A DNA stretch of 64,000 bases, taken from contig MFVS01000008.1 of NCBI GenBank assembly GCA_001786195.1, forward strand, positions 21,057-85,056. The letters are read 5' to 3'. Every line of letters begins with the position of its first letter. The stretch's first letter is position 1. Both the position numbers and the translations under genes were made by a program. Below are positions 55,044 to 64,000 of the stretch, in pieces. A model generated the notes under the pieces. It ran no database searches and had not been told where the DNA came from. It worked only from the letters and a program-made list of their open reading frames with translations. Origin of the DNA: Candidatus Nomurabacteria bacterium RIFCSPLOWO2_12_FULL_40_42. Lineage in GTDB: Bacteria > Patescibacteriota > Minisyncoccia > Phycocordibacterales > UBA9973.

Positions 55044-55385
55044 ATGAATAAAAAACAAAATGTCAAAAATAAATACGTTTTTACCAAGGAAGAGATTGGC
55101 GAATTTAGACCAGTTAGTTTTAGGAAACATTTTAAAGAATCAATGAAAGATCAAAAGTTTCATGAAGGATATAAAAAGATTGAGCCAGAATATGCAATTA
55201 TCCGGGCTATTATCGAAGCTCGCATCAAGAAAAATATCTCTCAAAAAATGCTTGCCAAAAGACTTGGCACTGGACAGTCTGCAATTTCGCGTTTGGAATC
55301 TGGTACTTATAATCCAACTTTTAAATTTGCCCAAAAACTTGCCAAAGCGCTTGAGACCGACCTGACTTTTACCTTCAGCAAGTAA
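55044..55385 (+). CDS. XRE-family HTH protein (HigA-like)
   Basis: ARIKKNISQKMLAKRLGTGQSAISRLESG.YNPT. Confidence 0.88.
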   Translation: MNKKQNVKNKYVFTKEEIGEFRPVSFRKHFKESMKDQKFHEGYKKIEPEYAIIRAIIEARIKKNISQKMLAKRLGTGQSAISRLESGTYNPTFKFAQKLAKALETDLTFTFSK

Positions 55386-55386
55386 A

Positions 55387-55809
55387 ATGCAAATCAAAAT
55401 CAAAAAACTAAAAAGTAATGCGAAATTGCCGAAGTATCATCATCCGGGGGATGTGGGGATGGATCTTTATGCCATGGAGACGGTGACGGTCAAGCCCGGA
55501 GAGCATTACCATTTCTGGCACGGGTTTGCTTTAGAATTTCCGGAAGGCTACGGGGCGATAATTATGGATAAAAGTGGTATTTCCAAAGCGGGGTTGAAAA
55601 GCATGGGTGGAGTTTATGATGCAGGATACAGAGGAGAATATAATACACATTTAGTAAATTTATCTGATAAGAGTTATACTTTTGAAGAAGGTGACAAAGT
55701 TGCGCAATTGGTGATCGTGCCGGTGGTGATTGCAAAATTAAAAGAGGTTCAGAAATTGAGCGATTCCGCTCGCGGTGAAGGAAAATTTGGGAGCACCGGA
55801 AGAAAATAA
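55387..55809 (+). CDS. dut: dUTP diphosphatase
   Basis: GDVGMDL, KSGIS, GGVYDAGYRGE, DKVAQLV, RGEGKFGSTG. Confidence 0.94.
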   Translation: MQIKIKKLKSNAKLPKYHHPGDVGMDLYAMETVTVKPGEHYHFWHGFALEFPEGYGAIIMDKSGISKAGLKSMGGVYDAGYRGEYNTHLVNLSDKSYTFEEGDKVAQLVIVPVVIAKLKEVQKLSDSARGEGKFGSTGRK

Positions 55810-55810
55810 A

Positions 55811-57604
55811 ATGCAAGATAAAATTAAAAATTTAATCAAAGACGCTCTACAAAATCTCGGTATTGAAGCGAGCGAGATTGCCTTGGAACACCCGGCGGAT
55901 TTGAAGATGGGAGACTATTCGACGAATGTCGCCATGGCCATCGCCAAAAATGTCAAAAGTAACCCAAAAGATCTCGCCAAAAAAATAGTTACTGAAATAT
56001 TGAGGTTAAATTTGGATAAGTATATCGAAAAAGTGGAAGTCGCCGGCGCGGGCTTCATAAATTTTTATTTGTCGCGTAAATTTTTCGGCAATAGCATTGA
56101 AGAAATTTTAAATCAAGGAGAAAATGTCGGCAAGAATGAAATTTTGGCCAAGGAAAAAACAAAAGAAAAAATAATGGTTGAATATACCGATCCGAATCCT
56201 TTCAAACCCTTCCATATTGGCCACTTGATGACGAACGCTATTGGTGAATCGGTGGCGAGAATTCTGGAACACTCCGGCGCCGAGGTAACACGCGCCAATT
56301 ATCAAGGCGATATCGGTTTGCATGTGGCCAAGGCTATCTATGGGCTTTTGAAAAACCCCCTCCGCCCAGAAAATTCTGGGCACCTCCCCCTTGGCAAGGT
56401 GGAGGAAGGTGGGGGTGAATCTGTATCAGTATTGGCTCAGCATATCGGCAAAGCTTACGCAGAAGGCGCTTTGCTTTATGAAACTGATGAAGCAGTTAAA
56501 GCCGAAATAGATGAAATAAATAAAAAAATATATAACAGAGGGGATGAAAAAATAAATAAAATATATGATTGGGGTTTCAAGGTGACGATGGATGCCTTCG
56601 AAGATCTTTATAAATTACTCGGCACCAAATTTGATTTCTATTTTTTGGAGAGCCAGATGGCGCCGATTGGGGAAGAGATCGTGCGCGCGAATATGGGAAA
56701 AGCCAGAGATCCTGAGCATGGTCGAAGGATATTTGAAGAGTCCGATGGAGCAGTGGTGTTCAAGGCTGAAAAGCATGATCCAAAACTTCATACCCGAGTT
56801 TTCATCACGAGCGGAGGCTTACCGACTTACGAGACCAAGGAGCTAGGATTGACCGAAGATAAATTTCGAACCGAACCAAATCTAGATCTTTCGATTATCG
56901 TCACCGCCAATGAACAAATGGACTATATGAAAGTCGTCGCCAAGGCTGTTTCTCTAATCAAACCGGAACACGAGAAAAAAATGTTTCATATTTCGCACGG
57001 CATGATGCGGCTCTCGGGAGGTAAAATGAGTTCCAGGAAGGGCAATGTAGTGACTGGAGAATCCTTGATTCGCGATACGATTGCTTTAATTGGAGAAAAA
57101 ATGCGGGAGCGTGATTGGGACGAAAAGGAGAAAAGTAAGGTGGCCGAGATGGTTGGCGTGGCGGCGATAAAATATTCGATTCTGCGTTCAGCCTCTGGGA
57201 GCGATATCGTCTACAACGTCGAAGAATCAATTTCCGTCGATGGAGATTCCGGCCCGTATTTGCAATATTCCTTTGCCCGCGCCAATTCGGTTTTAGAAAA
57301 AGCGAAAGTAGAAAATATCTTGCCGGACCCGCATGCATTTCCGGGAGAGGTTTTTGAAGTGGAAAAATTGTTGTATAAATTTCCGGAAGTTGTCTTGCGC
57401 TCTGCCAAGGAATATGAGCCGCACTATATTGCCAACTATTTAATCGAAGTCGCCCGGGTCTTTAATAGTTTTTATGGCAATAATTTAATTGTGAGTAAAG
57501 AAGATAAAAATTCGGGGTATAAAGTGGCTCTAACTTTTGCCTTTTCTTTTGTGATGAAAACTGGTTTGTATCTCTTGGGTATTCAAGCGCCAGCGAAAAT
57601 GTAA
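55811..57604 (+). CDS. argS: Arginine--tRNA ligase
   Basis: GDYSTN, GFINF, PNPFKPFHIGH, KMSSRKG, GPYLQY. Confidence 0.95.
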   Translation: MQDKIKNLIKDALQNLGIEASEIALEHPADLKMGDYSTNVAMAIAKNVKSNPKDLAKKIVTEILRLNLDKYIEKVEVAGAGFINFYLSRKFFGNSIEEILNQGENVGKNEILAKEKTKEKIMVEYTDPNPFKPFHIGHLMTNAIGESVARILEHSGAEVTRANYQGDIGLHVAKAIYGLLKNPLRPENSGHLPLGKVEEGGGESVSVLAQHIGKAYAEGALLYETDEAVKAEIDEINKKIYNRGDEKINKIYDWGFKVTMDAFEDLYKLLGTKFDFYFLESQMAPIGEEIVRANMGKARDPEHGRRIFEESDGAVVFKAEKHDPKLHTRVFITSGGLPTYETKELGLTEDKFRTEPNLDLSIIVTANEQMDYMKVVAKAVSLIKPEHEKKMFHISHGMMRLSGGKMSSRKGNVVTGESLIRDTIALIGEKMRERDWDEKEKSKVAEMVGVAAIKYSILRSASGSDIVYNVEESISVDGDSGPYLQYSFARANSVLEKAKVENILPDPHAFPGEVFEVEKLLYKFPEVVLRSAKEYEPHYIANYLIEVARVFNSFYGNNLIVSKEDKNSGYKVALTFAFSFVMKTGLYLLGIQAPAKM

Positions 57605-57607
57605 TTT

Positions 57608-59350
57608 ATGACCCAAGATCAGGCTTTAAATATTTTAAAAACCGGTGCCAATGTTTTTCTAACTGGCGAGCCGGGGGCGGGGAAGACGCATACCATAAAT
57701 AATTTTGTAAATTATCTGCGCGACTGCGATATTGAGCCGGCGATCACAGCTTCGACCGGTATCGCAGCGACGCATATCGGCGGAATGACGATTCATTCTT
57801 GGAGCGGCATTGGCATTCGGACCAAACTCGACAAATATGACTTGGATAAAATCGCGAGCAGTGAATATATTGTAAAGCGGGTCAATCGAACCAAGGTTTT
57901 GATTATTGATGAGATTTCCATGCTCTCGACGAATATGCTCGAGATGGTGGATCTGGTTTGCCGGGAAATCAGACAGAGCAGCGAGCCCTTTGGTGGTATT
58001 CAAATTATTCTGGTTGGCGATTTTTTCCAGCTGCCACCGATTACTAAAAGAGACGAAAGTGTTAAACAAAATTCACTGATTGCGGAAGTCGGATTTCCGC
58101 GTTTTGCTTACCATTTCGGAGCTTGGGAGCGCTCGCGGCTCGTAGTGTGCTATTTGAGCGAACAACACCGCCAGGATGATGCGGATTTTCTTTCCGTGCT
58201 TTCGGGCATCCGGGCGAACAATGTTTCGGAAATGCATCGGAATCATCTCCAGACTCGGCATATTCGCACGGATAAGCTTCCAGAAAACATTCAGAATATT
58301 ACCAAACTTTTTTCGCACAATGTGGATGTGGATCGGGTCAACAACGAAGAGCTAGCCAAATTGAATACCGAAAGGAAATTATTCCGAATGTCCGGGAGTG
58401 GAAATGAAAAAGTAGTCGAGACTCTCAAGAAGGGCTGCTTGTCGCCGGAGAATTTGGAACTCAAAATCGGCGCGGTGGTGATGTGCACCAAGAATAATCC
58501 GAAAGAGAGGTTTGTAAATGGCACTCTCGGCATTGTGGTTGGTTACGAAGAATTTAGCGGCTATCCGATTATCAAAACTCGAAATGGACGGAGCATCAAG
58601 GTGGCGCCGATGGATTGGAGCGTGGAAGAAAACGGCAAAATTCGGGCGCAGATTACCCAGGTGCCGCTCCGGCTGGCCTGGGCGATCACCGTGCACAAGA
58701 GCCAGGGGATGAGCATGGACGCCGCGGTGATGGATTTGTCGCAAGTGTTTGAGTTTGGGCAGGGGTATGTGGCGCTCTCGCGGGTGCGCCGGCTCTCGGG
58801 CCTGTATCTTCTCGGCATAAATGCTCACGCGCTCAAAGTGCATCCGGAAATTTTGCAAAAAGATATCGATTTTAAAAATAAATCAGATGAAGCGGTAAAA
58901 GTTTTCGGTAAAATTTTGGAAGCGGATTTAAAAAAGATGCATGAAAGTTTTGTGGTGACTTGCGGAGGAAAGATCAAAACTAAATCCGGAGGAAAACACC
59001 ACTTGGAGGCAAGGCCTCCAAGTGGTGTAAATATAAAAAAAGAAAGAAGATGGGAACAAACTCTATCCTTCATACAAGATGGTAAAAGTATTTTAGAAGT
59101 AGCACATTTGCGTGGTAGAAAAGAAGAAACAATTATAGAACATCTAGAAGAATTAAAAAAGATTGGAAAGTTGACGGAAGAAACGAAGAATATTTTAAAG
59201 TTAAAAATTACCAAAGAGCAAGAAGATCAAATAAACAAAGTTCGTTTATCTATGCTTTTGCTGGGTGCGGAGCTACTTAAACCAATATATGATCACTTTG
59301 GTGGGAAAATTTCATATGAGAATATTCGTTTGGCTCGACTTTTGTCCTAA
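57608..59350 (+). CDS. PIF1-family helicase with C-terminal HTH
   Basis: TGEPGAGKT, IIDEISM, GDFFQLPP, PLRLAWAITVHKSQGMS, YVALSR. Confidence 0.92.
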   Translation: MTQDQALNILKTGANVFLTGEPGAGKTHTINNFVNYLRDCDIEPAITASTGIAATHIGGMTIHSWSGIGIRTKLDKYDLDKIASSEYIVKRVNRTKVLIIDEISMLSTNMLEMVDLVCREIRQSSEPFGGIQIILVGDFFQLPPITKRDESVKQNSLIAEVGFPRFAYHFGAWERSRLVVCYLSEQHRQDDADFLSVLSGIRANNVSEMHRNHLQTRHIRTDKLPENIQNITKLFSHNVDVDRVNNEELAKLNTERKLFRMSGSGNEKVVETLKKGCLSPENLELKIGAVVMCTKNNPKERFVNGTLGIVVGYEEFSGYPIIKTRNGRSIKVAPMDWSVEENGKIRAQITQVPLRLAWAITVHKSQGMSMDAAVMDLSQVFEFGQGYVALSRVRRLSGLYLLGINAHALKVHPEILQKDIDFKNKSDEAVKVFGKILEADLKKMHESFVVTCGGKIKTKSGGKHHLEARPPSGVNIKKERRWEQTLSFIQDGKSILEVAHLRGRKEETIIEHLEELKKIGKLTEETKNILKLKITKEQEDQINKVRLSMLLLGAELLKPIYDHFGGKISYENIRLARLLS

Positions 59351-59496
59351 TATAGGTTTCCATAAACTAGCATACTGGTATGCTAATATTAAAAGAAAAT
59401 AGGAATGTGCAAGAATCGTTCTTGCGCAAACTTGTGTAAAGAAAAATAGTTATCCACAGCTATTTCTTGAATAATTTAAACCCAATAATATAATTA

Positions 59497-62400
59497 TTGA
59501 TAATGCCCACAATTAAACGCTTGCGTTTTTTGTTTCTCATTATCATTATTTTTATCAGCGTTTTTTATTTCTCTTCTTCCCCTTCGAAAGTTTTTGCTTC
59601 GACTATAGTGGAGGCGGATATCATCGCAGATACCACTTGGACGAAAGGAAATAGCCCGTATGTTATAAGTAATTACATTGATGTGGTTGCGGGCGCTACC
59701 TTAACAATCGATCCGGGTGTCATAGTAAAATTTGATTACGATAGTAGTCTGGATGTTTTGGGTTCGATTGAAGTGAATGGCACTGCTTCAGAGAAAGTTT
59801 CTGTGAGTTCGCTGTATGATTCGATCGGGGTGGATCTGTACAACGACTGCCTGGAATACATGCCGGACCTCGTCCCCGAAGAGGGAGTTGAGCCTTGCGC
59901 CAATACCAATCAAGATGAAGTTGATTTTCCGTGGCTGTTTGAAGCTGGCGGAATATATTTAGACGGCGCTTCAGATTCTTCTTTTCAAAGTGTTTTATTC
60001 TCCCACTTGGAATATGGTCTATATTTTGATAACACTCCCGGTACCGTGGAGAACATAGAAATTGCAGATAGCCCTTACGGAATCACTGTATACGGTTCTG
60101 ATGTAAGTATATCAGATTCAACCTTTGAAAATATTTACGACGAGGATGCCATTGTGTTGGATAGCCGCGGTATTGCCGAGATCTCTAATATTCAGGTCAA
60201 AAGCAGTTTCGACTACGGAGCTTTAACTTTGTATGGGAGTAAAGCGCATATCGTTGATTCCGTTTTCGAAGGCGTGAGAGAGGTGGATGAAGACGGCTAT
60301 ATCAGTCAAAGCGACAGCGCCATAGAAATATATGATGAGGAAACTTATGATCGTGTGTTGCGCGCGCGAGTGGTAACTTATCAGTCGGAATTAAACGCTT
60401 CTGGCTTAAAAATAAGCGGTCATGAGACTGGTCTTGAGTTTTACGGCGGCATGGTAAATATAGAAAAAACAAAAATTTTTCAAAATTATTATGGACTGGA
60501 AGCATATTTAAACGATGGATCGATAGTGACTATAACAGAGAGTAGCATTGTGGACAATGATTATGCTACTTATATTTCGAGAGAGGGCACAATAAATGCT
60601 ATTAATAATTATTGGGGCGATCCGACCGGGCCGTTTGAAGATGAGCTCAACCCAGGGGGCTTGGGCGGTGTCATTGAACACTATGAAAATAATATAACTT
60701 TTATTCCTTGGCTTACGAGCGATCCGCTCGAGAAGCCGGTCTGTTGCTCCAGTGTGCTGTTTTTGCCGGGCATCAAGGGAAGCATTCTCGAAAAAGGTTC
60801 CGATATGCTTTGGCCACCGACTGCATTTAGTTTAAATGATGTAAACCAACTAGCGCTCACAAGCGATGGCGCAAGTGTTAACGACATTCACACGGATGGC
60901 GTTCTAAATACCTTTAAAGGCACTCCTATATATGCTCCTTTTTCAAACTTCATGGATGGGCTGGTTGCCGATAACACAATTAAAGAATGGTTGCCCCTTG
61001 CCTATGATTGGAGATTTTCGCCAGAGACAATTCTAGCAGACGGCATAAAAACAAAAAATGAAACGATAAATGTCATTGAAAAAATAAAAACACTTGCTCA
61101 AAATTCAAAAAACGGAAAAATCACAATTGTTGCCCATTCTATGGGTGGTCTTTTAGGAAAAGCGATTATTAAAAAACTCTCGGAAGAGGGAAAAGATAAT
61201 TTGATCGATTCTTTTGTGATGGTTGGCTCACCCCAGCTCGGCACGCCGCAAGCCATCGCTTCAATACTGCATGGCGACGATGAAGGCATTCCGCCAGTTG
61301 CTGGGTTCATAGTGAATCCGATAGGCATACGCCGAATAGCGCAGAATATGCCGAGCGCCTACAACTTGCTTCCTTCTCCGCAATATTTTTCTTCAGTGTC
61401 GGATCCAGTAATTAAGTTTAATTCCGAGGCGTCGTTTACCAAGCCTTGGCGGGATTTCTGGGGAGCAACCATTAGTACTTATCCGAAGTTTTTGGAATTT
61501 ATGACTGGCACGGGCGTGACGCGCGCCAAACCAGTGGAACAAAAGCTACCGGATCCGGAAGTTTTGAGCTCTATATTTATGACCAATGCAGCTAATTTTC
61601 ATAACCTATATGACAATTATCAATTCCCCGATCATATCCGCGTAGTGCAAGTCGCAGGGTGGGGCAGCCCGACGGTAAAAGCTGTTGAGTATAAAAATTA
61701 TCACGGATATCCGAGTTATGAAGTGAGTTTTACTCGTGAAGGAGACAGGACGGTTGTTTATCCGAGCGCAATTTCCTCCGTGGCTGATGAGACATATTTT
61801 TTCAATCTTTTTGAATACAATAAACTTTTAAATTCTAATACTCAGCATCGAGACCTATTAAGTGCTAGTCCAGTTCAAACTCTTTTTACTTCTATAGTCA
61901 AGAAAGAAGATGTTTTGGAAAATAATTTCATCCTAACTGCAAAACCACAAGTTGTAGATTTAACAGATCAACTTGTTGTTAGCACTCATTCTCCCGTCAT
62001 TCTCGGCGCATACGATCAACTTGGAAATTTCACTGGAATTAATCCAAACCAAAATCTATCTGCTGACTTTCTTTCTATCTCCGAGAATATACCAGGAAGC
62101 GCATTTATCTATACCAGCGAAAGCCAGAATATCTTTCTGCCGAAAGAAGGCAATTACAATTTTGTTTACAAAGGAACTGGCAATGGATCAACTACCGTAG
62201 AAATTGATAATTTTTCTGCAGATATGTCGACTCCAGTAGCTTCGTATACAGACATTCCAACAACTTCAAATACTAAAGCGGCTTTTACGGTACAAAGCTC
62301 TGCACCGGAGAATACTGAGATAGCGCTTGATGCAAATGGCGACGGCACAACAGATGAAGTAGTTCTGGCAGACGGCGTTGAATTATCTCTAAACCAGCTC

Positions 62401-62883
62401 ATTACGCTTATTAAAGAAAAAATCTCTACGCTTAGCATCAAAGACAAACTCAAGCAAAATCTCTTAAAGCAAATAGCCAACCTCGAGAAAAAAATTGAGA
62501 ATAAAAAGCAAAAGAATATAAAAATACTTGCCAATTTGGACAAGAAAATATCTAAACAAGAAATGAAGGGGAAAATAAGCACGGCTGATGCTGCTGAAAT
62601 CACCAACTTACTTGACCTTCTAGAAGCGCAATCGGAAAACATTGCGCTTGACCCTACGATACTTGCTAGTTTGAAGACAAAGATACAATCTCTTAACGTC
62701 AAGGCTAATTTGAAGAATGATCTATTGAAGCGGGTCGAAAAACTTGAAAAGAAAGGAGTAATTATTAAAACTCTTTCCAATTTGTCAAAGAATATTATCA
62801 AGAAAGCCGGAAATGGTAAAATTGCCGACGCCGACGCGCAGGCGCTGATTGATCTGCTTAATCAAATTGAAGGCGTGATATAA
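59497..62883 (+). CDS. Large secreted protein: beta-helix + alpha/beta-hydrolase (lipase/acyltransferase) + helical repeats
   Basis: Signal peptide; DTTWTKGNSPY beta-helix; FLPGIKGS, YDWR, VAHSMGG, GSPQLG, EGDRTV, QHRDL. Confidence 0.8.
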   Translation: MIMPTIKRLRFLFLIIIIFISVFYFSSSPSKVFASTIVEADIIADTTWTKGNSPYVISNYIDVVAGATLTIDPGVIVKFDYDSSLDVLGSIEVNGTASEKVSVSSLYDSIGVDLYNDCLEYMPDLVPEEGVEPCANTNQDEVDFPWLFEAGGIYLDGASDSSFQSVLFSHLEYGLYFDNTPGTVENIEIADSPYGITVYGSDVSISDSTFENIYDEDAIVLDSRGIAEISNIQVKSSFDYGALTLYGSKAHIVDSVFEGVREVDEDGYISQSDSAIEIYDEETYDRVLRARVVTYQSELNASGLKISGHETGLEFYGGMVNIEKTKIFQNYYGLEAYLNDGSIVTITESSIVDNDYATYISREGTINAINNYWGDPTGPFEDELNPGGLGGVIEHYENNITFIPWLTSDPLEKPVCCSSVLFLPGIKGSILEKGSDMLWPPTAFSLNDVNQLALTSDGASVNDIHTDGVLNTFKGTPIYAPFSNFMDGLVADNTIKEWLPLAYDWRFSPETILADGIKTKNETINVIEKIKTLAQNSKNGKITIVAHSMGGLLGKAIIKKLSEEGKDNLIDSFVMVGSPQLGTPQAIASILHGDDEGIPPVAGFIVNPIGIRRIAQNMPSAYNLLPSPQYFSSVSDPVIKFNSEASFTKPWRDFWGATISTYPKFLEFMTGTGVTRAKPVEQKLPDPEVLSSIFMTNAANFHNLYDNYQFPDHIRVVQVAGWGSPTVKAVEYKNYHGYPSYEVSFTREGDRTVVYPSAISSVADETYFFNLFEYNKLLNSNTQHRDLLSASPVQTLFTSIVKKEDVLENNFILTAKPQVVDLTDQLVVSTHSPVILGAYDQLGNFTGINPNQNLSADFLSISENIPGSAFIYTSESQNIFLPKEGNYNFVYKGTGNGSTTVEIDNFSADMSTPVASYTDIPTTSNTKAAFTVQSSAPENTEIALDANGDGTTDEVVLADGVELSLNQLITLIKEKISTLSIKDKLKQNLLKQIANLEKKIENKKQKNIKILANLDKKISKQEMKGKISTADAAEITNLLDLLEAQSENIALDPTILASLKTKIQSLNVKANLKNDLLKRVEKLEKKGVIIKTLSNLSKNIIKKAGNGKIADADAQALIDLLNQIEGVI

Positions 62884-62892
62884 TATAAACAC

Positions 62893-63294
62893 ATGAATAC
62901 AAAAAAAATCAATTTCGTTTTATTTATTTTTTCTTTAGTGGGTTTGTTGGCAGCTTATCTTATTTTACATTCTGATTTAAATGCTAGCGCTACTGGTGAT
63001 ATCTTAGTAAGATTAGGAAAGAGTTTTTTCTACGGCATGTCTGCCCTAGCACTCATATTCTTAATACTCGCATTTTTACCGCAAGCTTTTCCCGCCTGGA
63101 AAAAATTTGCTATCTGGTTTATACCTCTAGCCACTCTACTTTTTATTTTTTATCCCAACCCCGGCTCCGGCGACTATTTCTCTCCGTATCCTGAACAAGT
63201 TTTCCGATGGGTGAGTATCCTGTATGTGGTTGTCAGTGTTGCGATTATTGCAGTATCTCTTAAAAACAAAAAACAATCTAATTTAGTGCAGTAA
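62893..63294 (+). CDS. Small four-TM hypothetical protein
   Basis: Hydrophobic ORF 9 nt downstream of the lipase-like gene. Confidence 0.7.
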   Translation: MNTKKINFVLFIFSLVGLLAAYLILHSDLNASATGDILVRLGKSFFYGMSALALIFLILAFLPQAFPAWKKFAIWFIPLATLLFIFYPNPGSGDYFSPYPEQVFRWVSILYVVVSVAIIAVSLKNKKQSNLVQ

Positions 63295-63376
63295 CAGTTA
63301 TGTAATCAATTACGTAATTAAATACGTATTCTAATATTTTCTTGCATCGTAACCCCAAAAATGATCTAATGGAAAA

Positions 63377-64000
63377 GTGAATTTAATTTTAGATGAAAAT
63401 TTAGCAAAACTATATAATAGTAATTCTCAAAAAATGAGAGTTTTGAGCGAGCAGTGGGTGGGTAGTCAGATATATTGTCCAAATTGCGGAAAAGTCGATA
63501 TTGATAAATATTTAAACAACAAACCTGTCGCTGATTTTTACTGCAAAAATTGTTCTGAAGATTTTGAGTTAAAATCCAAGAAAGGAAAAATTGGCAACAA
63601 AGTTTCTGCTGGTGCATATTCAAAAATGATTGAAAGAATAAACTCTACATCAAAGCCCAATTTTTTCTTTATGGGTTATTTAGAATCTCTGTTTGTAAAT
63701 GATTTCTTTGTAATACCCAAACACTTTTTTCTTTCTGAAATAATCGAGAAAAGAAAACCCCTTAAAGAAACTGCGCGTCGAGCAGGATGGATTGGTTCAA
63801 ATATTTTGTTTTCCAAGATACCCAAAGCAGGTCAGATATTTTATATTGAAGACGGAAAAGAAATATCTAAAAAAGAAGTTTTAGAGAAATGGCAAAAAAC
63901 TATTTTTCTAAAAGGAATTAAAAAAGCCGATGCAAAAGGATGGATTTTAGATATTATGAATTGTATTGATTTTTTGAATAAAAAAGAATTTTCTCTGCAA
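63377..64000 (+). CDS. DpnI/Dam-replacing family restriction endonuclease (runs off the window)
   Basis: Not in the ORF track. Manual translation from GTG 63377: MNLILDENLAKLYNSNSQKMRVLSEQWV..IYCPNCG..NNKPVADFYC..C.EDFELKSK..GAY..M..R..S..PNFFF..IPKHFF..IIEKRKPL..ARRAGWIG. Confidence 0.88.
   Translation, partial: MNLILDENLAKLYNSNSQKMRVLSEQWVGSQIYCPNCGKVDIDKYLNNKPVADFYCKNCSEDFELKSKKGKIGNKVSAGAYSKMIERINSTSKPNFFFMGYLESLFVNDFFVIPKHFFLSEIIEKRKPLKETARRAGWIGSNILFSKIPKAGQIFYIEDGKEISKKEVLEKWQKTIFLKGIKKADAKGWILDIMNCIDFLNKKEFSLQ

Noticed and set aside
59450-59458. Isolated DnaA boxes (also 15720 and 19533) as origins
   Set aside because: Single boxes without a parS cluster or strand switch; at most regulatory.
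1-64000. Alternative genetic code 25 (TGA=Gly)
   Set aside because: Conserved genes are intact in code 11 and several end at TGA at the expected position.

Overview
Chromosomal segment of a low-GC Patescibacteria/CPR bacterium (Parcubacteria-like; genetic code 11, since TGA is used as stop). The lineage is inferred from the gene set (PrgI/VirB4/pilin cluster, type IV pilus operon, split ComEC, PaaX/Cas2-like gene). Most genes lie on the - strand left of about 22.5 kb and on the + strand right of it. A parS cluster, DnaA boxes and four tRNAs sit at the switch, which suggests oriC. The main signals are: (1) a complete diversity-generating retroelement (target with VR, TR, avd, RT; 41.2-43.6 kb) whose avd is antisense to TR/RT and is knocked out of frame by a G9 tract, a candidate phase-variable ON/OFF switch for hypermutation; (2) a LAGLIDADG intein inserted in the catalytic HxxRH box of a Xer-type tyrosine recombinase; (3) a family of short terminal-inverted-repeat elements that sit on start codons and duplicate them; (4) many palindromic elements inserted in frame into housekeeping proteins; (5) a PaaX/Cas2-like gene bracketed by covarying 38-bp palindromic direct repeats; (6) an HNH nuclease ORF that reads through a tRNA-Arg; (7) a toxin-antitoxin islet bounded by a synonymously diverged duplicate of a gene 3' end; (8) a 344-bp structured non-coding element; (9) pervasive leaderless-type promoters. 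All calls are from reading the sequence by eye. No database searches were run.
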